This document shows, piece after piece, positions 63,301 to 64,000 of a stretch of 64,000 bases of DNA; position 1 is the stretch's first letter; each line of letters begins with the position of its first letter. The notes beneath the pieces are model-generated. The model did no database searches and had not been told where the DNA came from. It was given only the letters and a program-made list of their open reading frames with translations. The position numbers and the translations under genes were made by a program. The stretch is from an uncultured candidatus Porisulfidus sp. (GTDB lineage Bacteria; Pseudomonadota; Gammaproteobacteria; Poriferisulfidales; Oxydemutatoraceae): NCBI GenBank assembly GCA_965215125.1, contig OZ244052.1, forward strand, positions 96,001 through 160,000, read 5' to 3'.

Positions 63301-64000
63301 GCCGTTGCCGATCGTGCCGAATAGCCCTTGATCATTTTGATCACCGCGGTTGATTTGCAGACCGGAGATGGTATAGCCGTTGCCGTTAAATTCACCGGTG
63401 AACGGCGTTGTCGCATTGCCTATCGGCACCCAACCGACATCGCCGGAGTCGGTAAAATCTTCCACCGTCCAGTCGCGGTTTATCGCATTGCCGAGGTAGC
63501 TACTCGGGTCATTGAAATCCAAATCACCGACCAATTCGTATTTGCCGTCTAAGGTCGTAAAGGTGTTATTGATCTCTTGAAGTTCGTCCAGATTATCTAT
63601 CTCGGCAAACCCGTTGCCGTCGCGGTCGGTCTGCACCGGGTCAACTTCATAGCGTATATAGAGCGGATAATAAACCGTCTCGGTACTGACGATTTCCAAA
63701 ACGATGGGAGTGATGTCTTGGTCGGATAATACAATCGGTGCGCCGGTCTCACCGCTGGCGATGCGATCGTGCGGCTCGCTGCCGCCTACGACGGCACCGA
63801 GATAAATATTAATCGTCGCATCGGACTGCTGCGCAGTCGGAATGATGCGAATAGGGTTAATGTCAATCGCACCGAAATAAGCGATACTGCCCTCGCCGAA
63901 GAGTGGTTCCAACCGGCCCGATGCTAGTTCCAGATCTTTCAAACCGTAGCGCACCCGTGGCGCGATTAAATCGCCGCAGTCCGGTAGTCCGTCGACGTCG
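36358..64000 (-). CDS. Giant surface protein 3 (>9200 aa, 5'-partial): at least 13 GLUG-type beta-helix modules alternating with cadherin-like beta-sandwich domains, PKD-like domains, tandem cadherin-like stalk, C-terminal RVKVFLEGPLQ
   Basis: >27.6-kb open frame, still open at the window edge (DVDGLPDCGDLIAPRV precedes the listed start); modules DxDxDGLIEI...GYELxxDLDF...WxPIG...FxGNG...VGGLVG repeats...WDFG...QYPxLKY. Confidence 0.92.
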   Translation of the reverse strand, partial: DVDGLPDCGDLIAPRVRYGLKDLELASGRLEPLFGEGSIAYFGAIDINPIRIIPTAQQSDATINIYLGAVVGGSEPHDRIASGETGAPIVLSDQDITPIVLEIVSTETVYYPLYIRYEVDPVQTDRDGNGFAEIDNLDELQEINNTFTTLDGKYELVGDLDFNDPSSYLGNAINRDWTVEDFTDSGDVGWVPIGNATTPFTGEFNGNGYTISGLQINRGDQNDQGLFGTIGNGGVVRNLSLYDVRVIGSNLVGTMAGRNDGTVLNGSMVGEIFGRGISAGGLVGQNSGAIFNSDAVGTVTAPGIAGGLVGNNLGLGQVINSYTNVAVSATSGSAGGMVGQNFGEILNSFALGSVTGVGDNADNIGGFVGLLAFSFNMSNNYARGDVRGGNTASGNGGFLGAAFVRDSARLSANYSVGATTAGFGGNNLTVISNVFSTAPNYWNDDTDGISPANVVALNASKRTTEQLQTPTTATGIYANWSTADWDFGTNTQYPVLKYTQNPARNGPRLCDATALPNCGDLIAPQIRYGLKDLKLASGKLDPPFGDGNAAYFGDTDVNPIRLIPTAQQSSATINVYLGSVADRSEPDQRIASGTTGTPITLSLAGITPIVLEIVSKLADNTTATVHYPMYIRYAAPPIVVGIIEIDSLDALQAINNSTATLAREYILARNLDFNDPDSYLSGAINTDWRVASFDNVSPQGWVSIGNETTPFSGEFDGNGYTISGLQINRDNNDYQGLFGSVAERGIVRNLGLTEVEIEARDWVGALVGINRGVVVGGSVIGKISARNLVGGLVGGHLGSALIANSFAVTLLEGTENVGGLAGSIGIIDGGNPGIVNSYAEGTVSAQRVVGGFVGLHARGDISNSYATADVIVIGNNNRSVGGFVGQKNAAAEIGNSYATGALSGNEAEATGGLVGSAFGVNTMRYSYSIGRISGSGASDIGGLVGQGMGTALSSYWNSETSTLDTSAAGTGKTTAELQAPTNQNAADGIYADWDAADWDFGTNTQYPTLKYIQNPDRSGQRICDGDGLPTCGDPISPQIRNGLKDLSLADDNLLFPPFEDKHSDLTGSYSGIVAANPIRLIPTAMQANTTINIYIGAAGTPDQSIVSGKSSAPITLREGGINRIVLEIVGTETVHYPLYIRYRNGRLLTDRNGNGFNEIYYLENLQAINADATTLAGKYELVRDLDFDDPNSYLSGEINPDWRVTDFSVANQLGWVPIGNETTPFSGEFDGSNYAIYNLQINRATGMGSSFQGLFGSIGNGGAVRNLGVTNVAIIGNNHVGAIAGDLRGGGRIANSYATGSVLGGINVGGLVGNIGFFTTVNADARPEPANTGIIVNSRSSVEVEARSYNGGGILGRCNGCTILNSFVVGSVTNNNTQAPPRTRNGTGGFVGQIGETLGINSANQAINISNNYTWGDLFYSSSLVRPGIFGGSGILRRAIINANYALGNSFFQNDPLPFPRFLDSTTSDASASAVRNYTRIDELLGTALVSDIANLFRATSQQLQAATEPSTTDTGVYYRWSKDNWDFGTAEQYPTLKYTSATEVLGRPACRSAEDTTSPRLPVCGRLIAPKLRYGLSALNTARNIQLSPPFDAVALHIDGVYSGTVRNDTPELVLIATTLESSAYSIYVNGSVLPGSTRIDSGAPSGVIPLNADGITEVVIEVHGTETVRYTLNLDYVPATSVDTDHDGLVDINYLEDLATLNFNTRQDTEIGYKAAPDAEPNAFGCPGGICRGYELMRDLDFDDPNSYRSGAINQDWRVANFNMINMEQGWVPIGTDADPFTAEFEGNGYAISNLQIHRITTDFVGLFGSINNGGAVRNLGLSNVRIEGGTHVGAIAGDLRGGGRIANSYATGRVRGNINIGGLVGNIGFFTTVNADTRPDPANTGIIVNSRSSVAVLVRNFNGGGILGRCNGCTILNSFAVGSVTNNNNTPPSAGILGVGGFVGQTGELLRNRSNVKQAINISNNYAWGSISRSSNNTRSGAFLSSFFATGDAIINANYAIGSINTAMGTFSDRNVTVAILPAITVPNYYQNNVNVLGNDEILNTFARTAQQLRAATEPSSTATGVYYLWRKENWDFGTAEQYPILKYTSATEVLGRPACLSAEDSTSDTTSPRLPVCGTLIAPKVRYGLKSLVAQGTTELSPPFDATAQNVGGAYFGTFGSATPELVLIGTAQDSSATYSVRVNGMLTDENTDIDSGKPSGVITLSRFDVNEIVVEVKGAAETVRYTLYLRLENRMLADRDGDGFTEIYYLDHLHAIAADTTTLAGKYELMRDLNFDDPNSYLSGAINQDWRVAEFNRFGSDPLGWVPIGNETMPFTGEFDGNGYTIYDLQIHRISTNFVGLFGVIDNDGAVRNLGVANVNITALRHVGAIAGDLRGGGRIVNSYATGRVGGSLNVGGLVGNIGFFTTEPNDTRPDGANAGIIVNSRSSVDVRVFGYNGGGILGRCNGCTILNSFAVGSVTNRVSTPPPLTLFGSGGFVGQIGETRADSFNADQAINIGNNYAQGDLIFEDVRVNPGTFVGGGVLLKAIVNANYASGRTILNDELEPSVFISSIPNAIPSASTVPNYYGDDITPNVIDNFNSERGINAFERTAQQLRAATKPSTTATGVYYLWREENWDFGNDMQYPTLKHTSATDVLGRPACLSAKDPTSRLPVCRTLIAPKLRWGLESLVPLGDAGMDPPFDADALHIGSAYFGTVRNIAPQIALRATTLESSATYTIYVNGSMLLGSIGIDSGDPSGTIDLRSDGITEVVVEVNGSGTVRYTLYLEYQPVAPLPAVDADRDGLVEINYLEELAMLRLNLAGGEVGYRLTADDPLRVLGCPNRVCRGYELMRDLDFNDADSYRSGEINRSWVVHDFAVTTDTGWTPIGGGFQPPGINTPRLRFTAEFDGNGYAISNLQINRDGRDYVGLFGNIGSEGVLGKRGTVRNLGLPDVRIAGGTRVGAIAGNLRGGGRIANSYATGRVGGNINVGGLVGNIGFFTPVFADRSPEPANTGIIVNSRSSVAVRVFNYNGGGILGRCNGCTILNSFAVGSVTNNNTEVTRASYFGTGGFVGSVGEELSSFGGSSPQANNISNNYARGDLIGLSANSNPGSFVGGGLLQEMIVNANYANGSLILNDGLVNSEFINSVANLIPSASSVPNYYRDDINPNILNPGIERLINAFEGTSQQLRAPTEPGTTPTDVYYRWREDNWDFGTAEQYPTLKYTAATDVLGRSACRSAGDTRSPRLPVCGTLIAPKTRYGLSALTARYAQLTEPFDDALLDIGGAYRTTVLNDTPRVQLVATTREATATYSVYIGDTPISENINSDAPSGVIPLNADGTTEVDIEVHGTRTVRYTVYLDYRLETPIDADNDGLVDLHYLEDVAMVRFNFDSGEVGYRVGGELNTLGCPGGVCRGYELMRDLDFNDPASYRDPATNRPFWSVQSWGLNSIANAVFKGNGYAISNLRFTNENVARGLFHNVLNSDIDGLGLVNVDINARTAVAMASRLTRSTIRNSYVIGELSGVGNEPTIAPFAHNFDRSSLSNSYFIGTLRSLSLDRTRVTHIYGLVQAGADSDGSESIKNSRAIGRIETMIESELTNTAMLGANPARSLNIGNSYASMLMTRAGVAQGNLSNSLGIIANSYFDRDIAMVDVPASRARSGAELRGTAMTDIFADWDADDWDFGGAGQSPVIKYNAEECRSEQHDNPLCGKILPYQGSLMKRFELLGNAGLSRPFDFATFNDYEIVVGADRQGLRFVAEAFAPNADIVVYKTTTDAEVLRVKSGVATPLIALDTVGDTLLDVVVEEGEDRRSYRYRFGVSRLSEQINFADIDGNDGLIDVATPEQLNAMRYGLDGRFYRASSTSTRVYCRIGCRGYELTADIDLTGIDWQSIGSDTARFNGRFKGNGYVISNLTMLRPSSEDIGFFGTLGADARIEDIHLRNVTARFLSSDRQTIARIATLATVNYGTIFNARTENAFLSNGQAGTLGALVHQNHGRIVNSGVAGGDINNLRPNVRSSALVHTNNGTIRGSFATIVNRGSLGSSVGLSSVNNAEGVVDNSYAHIPPDADTADDSLVYTNSGLINNSYTSGVLINTAHNNSRVLNSYWDRDTVSPGTVSAGGSAKTTVELQSGTAQNSSANVVYFRWDTERWHFGSADQYPMVLYHGVGLCTEPTDTQLQSCDTLVSAGLPEADRAVVCRDRLLRDRSDPPYCGALVPYQNRRGLIGLELPTGVSLVPEFSSDVTSYRLVTGNTITVFHTTPTAYYHTDTVTYRAGNTEQIIADNTRTPEIYPYGGESVDSASLTVDSGSTSRTYTISWKIEDYLQHIDIEFSVLDDFALSPNFDRNISDYRVLVYSDTPRLRLATTATDASGFASDIEITADNDLPPLVLEGGNLAEVVLNVDADTEIVMVVSRGPNYRFEYRVVVERLPLVGRLDGVNLADEDGDGLIEIDSLEWLDAIRHGLDGSGYSYAIETNTPPIKINSGCPAEGCRGYELIRDLDFLDAASYVDARQAMPLWVRGEGWQPIGDAENPFTAEFVADGYTISHLRINRPDADDLGLFGVTSATTIRGIGVLNAELIGAGNVGVLVGEAQGVGEIVNSHATGTVRASGDHGGGLVGVHRGVIVGSYANVSVRANRYAGGLVGFLASTDTHRGIIDGSYAAGAVYAVARYAGGLVGRTLDTPGDLLGRTTTPLITDSYAVGTINGNLGSGLVGFVDTPDTAGRIANILNSYAIGANNSMGGLGLARRINLPDPVVFNTQSYWDENTSGVRNGGGIGTIRTTMQLQSETTAIGIYSNWNPEAWDFGTSLQYPRLKYTTATSAIVSLAACRSASDSSSRLPICGELLPEQYLGLEDLAFSDDVLQLIPALNSQIYNYKLILKAEATQFHTTPTYYSGTPYRLSVDDNNLGRFDSGTVTPRIGVPTSVEIKVSLRNTGEGTTYTFIASRHPNLNINDVDMDNDGLIEIRTRTDLNAMRYQLDGRGYRTSTATEKITAGCRFAGGCIGYELAADIDLSGRDWQPIGSTASSISDCSDANSRCFSAIFDGNRASGYEITGLNITAPNRNNVGLFSYLDAAAEIHNLVLSEISVTGKSGVGGLVGRNLGGSIVNSRATGEATGNEYLGGLVGENDGLIDGGSAQVVVIGSATNTGESQHIGGLAGYNTDKIYNSHASGSVSGGNDVGGLVGSNIDARIVNSYAVGNVSGVDGVGALLGRNAVGAEVLASYALGRVTGVNGVGGLVGLNFGTLTNTYSLGAVLAGRAIGGLVGGNRVGDIRNSYAIGSVSDVPGSGGLIGDTTGGEVVDSYWDIETGGLMRSAGGIGQTTKQLQTPITATGIYANWDTAVWDFGTDNEYPRLKYAVGDDRANPACGGVGQPTCGNVAVQGLSDLQILGGVQLSPQFENLRLYYRLNAYIGVTGALRLIPQAMDPDALITISYNGNQISVADGATSDPVVLDPTVDDAIVVLVSSAGDTFRYTLEIDYFSFDTDRILADADGDGLIEIETLEDLYAMRYSLDGSAYTLTLPDGTLLAIDAGCPNTATVSGCSGYELTRNLNFRDAASYRSGIVNAEWMENWHPIADADNPFEAVFRGNNHNIRHLSLRGVHGIDAIGLFHTLGSDAEVENLRLRNVTIYDTLGSGNTDVVAVNQGSLAGENRGRISDVGVSGSTILASLTPNTAAAAAKIGGLVGLNNGGEISHSFAHAYIHSLVSDRPQRLQNIIGGLVGSNVRGAKIENSYAVGSVTGHCQVGGLVGAHNSLNRNTPEAISTIENSYARVNVTKLNQNCVLGDSDIRFEGFGGLVGFLDLSNIADSYAAGRRSGDVVSVLGLVGWTSGLVSVTDSYWDQDLNVGLSPLGLGRTTAVLQGTTSPTDIYANWNPDDWDFGSDKQYPTLKTTDSRIVARIWDDSLLESIRVENVAIARTNAITEDFRYRDGNRYRLYADSSRLPLSLRFATTPTFAALYCDGVRCPFAGFNTITLGDNSPQVITLEIRDGNRFMEYYFDVVREDLSLDNVASINLNEGDTFTISGNYSGSSDIVWSQIAGPTMDIADADSLNLKLTPQADLVAADDEHSDVRFRLAVSVDDDNGNPQVYLGTEISARINKVNNGPITGDITLALNNDKITVSEMLRDIDGSALSNTERQFQRRPPGGDWVNVDLTSSGMEYTVPNEAIVYQYRLVAFYTDGQGYLGDAVVSGIVTVDATPASDDIDGDSIVNAEDIDFDGDGLIEVRYLEDLDAIRYQPDGSGYRRTEDGNLDTRGCPSLGCFGYELTRNLNFHDATSYRSGVTNNSWTVADGTFTDPSSQGWQSIGGVFNATFNGNGHTISRLNISRSSAGTQVNIGLFSEIGEGGKIENLGLSNPGIKGLAGIKNVGGIAGLVRRGGVVRNSYVDRGTAPVDNPLIRADRGMLGGLVGVNEGYILNSYVNIDVSVQDSDGNISNNGNINVGGLVGRNRNGGRIHNSYYGEGGRTIVGHCVVGGLVGSQETDTSDAVSEIKNSYVRDGSIVQLGGISCTTPYIAGLVGVHLNGRSIIENSYVNGRAYIQGAFSPNTTLMAVAGIGSISVPQCNRPNYSPRGIVTTNNGAIQVNVAGLLNYDPDSTVGVPTNSYWRGNPYICARNQNFFEYAVTRPDLVDNRRLMGRLTNPTAPNASQTCSVAINTASAPNTGSCTTYEDWDADIWDFGNNTHYALLKYTEGVDRDDPACDFDTATSLPRCGAMLPGQPRTQPTFERSAPLPTATDDVLPQAVIRYARNEDALSVLNAQDIITLSEGDTLRLDAANSFSADNASLVYTWSQTSGPELLSAAGERRRFSLRVRDDLLPGATDNGQAVFRLEVAKRNNRNVSVHRDITINLVKTDSDGEIAAPYWMDNVLFASQISDADGGPFTNIRYQWQREVSGRVVDISGATTASYKVLAEALGEQYLLSVSYTDGQGYSNTAVSAAPPYDAIRTVDADGNGLIEIFFIEQLNAIRYQPDGTAYRASADATPNNNGCPGSPSACRGYELTRDLDFDDLAGYSDAAADVGEWDNWDPIDDFTAVFDGNGYTISNLSITSTTTNIGLFGRVPEGATEIRQVRLAGVAVAGALNTGALVGSFRGSNISDSHILSGTVASDFNGGCLVGTLSVFSTVRDSSANCTISGTDEAIGGLVGNSSGRILGSYATGDVSGLSRVGGLVGFASAGGINNSYAIGNVTGNSSVGGLVGDFVNSVSSDITNSHAAGDVEGGSGTAHGGLVGRMSQGLSVVNSYALGSVNSRGRQIGGLIGFLSSQASTSSIVNSYAATAVADGTSIGGLVGIAAGSNVISDSYSIGMLGGVSNRGFVYGISTATRIQRSYWDTERSGQSDGGSDDVIGFSSEILKSSEPSSTATRAYYNWSAERWDFGTIGQYPALKYRDSTCGTATPSPNCGNILPRQRLGLQDLQFRFGGPLQPRLSIAGFTGARLKDNFDAVMVEHYTVPVAGDVSEIQIIAATHHPDAMIAINGVPMSAGSAEYDLIPDFSTTTTVRITTSEAYEITGKENLDVEYRLTFITIPDVATISRSVAESEGGAPLNDSVPIREGHFITLSSELSNADGDDLSYEWTVDERQVRLLDRTETTGTVVGGARRVSMSFYLRDDFISADRSAETVSAMLTVRSAEDLTVSESLSFEVAKHNNGVIGGISTPTRVDLTYTAATLSRAQLAEDPDGAGDPNDIRYQWQRQSDGNWFDIDGATAISYTVGGAIADFYRVLLSYSDKQGYRDTLVSVPLPASPELVLDVISPSSERGGFDVLILDADGLSPVFMENDQNYRVPTGTDHVDVTARTRSGSIFINGMLLAEDRNTIRIDLDYSDNVITAVWQGTDSSSTRSYTIFRAYDVSLYGWSAAWQDENGVAQRRDFSGDNLQPTPPLRIPMSVDTITLFAEVNELVDFDMRSSDANTIGNITTSTRAGVVVAQATISNLALGEHRIEFLLTAPDGTTNTYVVRVTREISSNANLGVLRVLPDGGMATSFDNLATSTSYVYRIANPIVGDKITELRLEAQVEHSSATIISYTIDGLAVDGVSLGTRSINDTISVDEGETKEVKIKVLAQDNETSKTYTVTIMRQPSRDTRLSMLEVLSEAVAGFSFDPAVANQPTRYSVELPSDIANTTLTAVADNVYATLTIREGSNAPSPANRRVDLPITIGEGMNKVFTIVVTAQDTEVPMATYTVTVSRASAMDRTTLGFALAMSNITLETDPDDDSGTVYIGEVSDAVDETVISASATTTGLGIRSVLVNGEERIRDGTAQTLDENLAPVSDTVSLPEGQIRIVLVLRRTDNTEDGYTEASYIVDIGDVIILEALELIGLKADSPYEFNPFVRNYTVTVANDSSTLTVIPMLPSEDEETVYTIFEGDVELAQADDGGVSIPFDVRQTKVISIVLTAPNVATNTYVVRATREISSNANLGVLRVLPDGGMATSFDNLATSTSYVYRIANPIVGDKITELRLEAQVEHSSATIISYTIDGLAVDGVSLGTRSINDTISVDEGETKEVKIKVLAQDNETSKTYTVTIMRQPSRDTRLSMLEVLSEAVAGFSFDPAVANQPTRYSVELPSDIANTTLTAVADNVYATLTIREGSNAPSPANRRVDLPITIGEGMNKVFTIVVTAQDTEVPMATYTVTVSRASAMDRTTLGFALAMSNITLETDPDDDSGTVYIGEVSDAVDETVISASATVTGVSIRSVLVNGEERIKDGTAQTLDENLASVSDTVSLPEGQIRIVLVLRRTDNTEDGYTEASYIVDIGDVIILEALELIGLKADSPYEFNPFVRNYTVTVANDSSTLTVIPMLPSEDEETVYTIFEGDVELAQADDGGVSIPFDVRQTKVISIVLTAPNVATNTYVVRATREISSNANLDVLRVLPDGGMATSFDNLATSTSYVYRIANPIVGDKITELRLEAQVEHSSATIISYTIDGLAVDGVSLGTRSINDTISVDEGETKEVKIKVLAQDNETSKTYTVTIMRQPSRDTRLSMLEVLSEAVAGFSFDPAVANQPTRYSVELPNDIANTTLTAVADNVHATLTIREGSNAPSPANNRVDLPITIGEGMNKVFTIVVTAQDTEVPMATYTVTVSRASAMDRTTLGFALAMSNITLETDPDDDSGTLYIGEVSDAVDETVISASATTTGLGIQSVWLGDDRANNYVKDDNPVTLVAGADRIAISDSIPLTGGSARIVIVVRRADNTEDGYTEANYIVHIQGSALRIRVKVFLEGPLQ
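36617..40200. repeat. Intragenic tandem repeat, 1344-bp (448-aa) unit, ~2.7 near-identical copies
   Basis: Shadow ORFs recur at 37024, 38368 and 39712 (period 1344); protein text is nearly identical between units. Confidence 0.95.
41800..63630 (-). repeat. Array of 13 GLUG/beta-helix modules (~1.4-2.2 kb each)
   Basis: Module starts near 63627, 62080, 60552, 58945, 57272, 55650, 53940, 52555, 50720, 49170, 47565, 45390 and 43190. Confidence 0.85.

Noticed and set aside
13457-63552. Dozens of 60-230-aa ORFs antisense to or overlapping the giant genes
   Set aside because: Shadow frames produced by codon bias; they repeat with the underlying DNA repeats and show no recognisable motifs.
63952-63954. 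Listed GTG start of the 9198-aa ORF
   Set aside because: The frame stays open to the window edge and the position is mid-repeat, so the gene is 5'-truncated by the window.

Overview
Bacterial chromosomal window, probably from a gammaproteobacterial methylotroph or C1-utiliser (inferred from gene content). Positions 1-13 kb hold a BepA-like M48 protease, a SEC-C/pseudo-retropepsin, a transaldolase, an unusual Zn-finger/LAGLIDADG-like/QueD fusion, an orphan M.HindIII-like methyltransferase inside a ~300-bp direct duplication, a family-6 DNA glycosylase, the H4MPT genes fae-orf7-orf5-mch-orfY, a radical SAM gene and methanethiol oxidase mtoX. The other two H4MPT genes here (mtdB, mptG) lie ~24 kb away. 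About three quarters of the window encodes three giant repetitive surface proteins (3196 aa, 3364 aa and >9200 aa, the last running off the window). The most striking observation is that all three end in the same short peptide, R-x-K-[VL]-F-L-E-G-P. I recognise this as the first strand of a Bacteroidota-type 'KVFLEGP...DWVLVELR...HRNHL...dockerin' module. The rest of that module is encoded as a separate small secreted protein between two of the giants. This suggests a split-domain (strand-complementation) docking system, possibly linked to cohesin-like N-termini on the giants. All family assignments come from motif recognition, not database searches.
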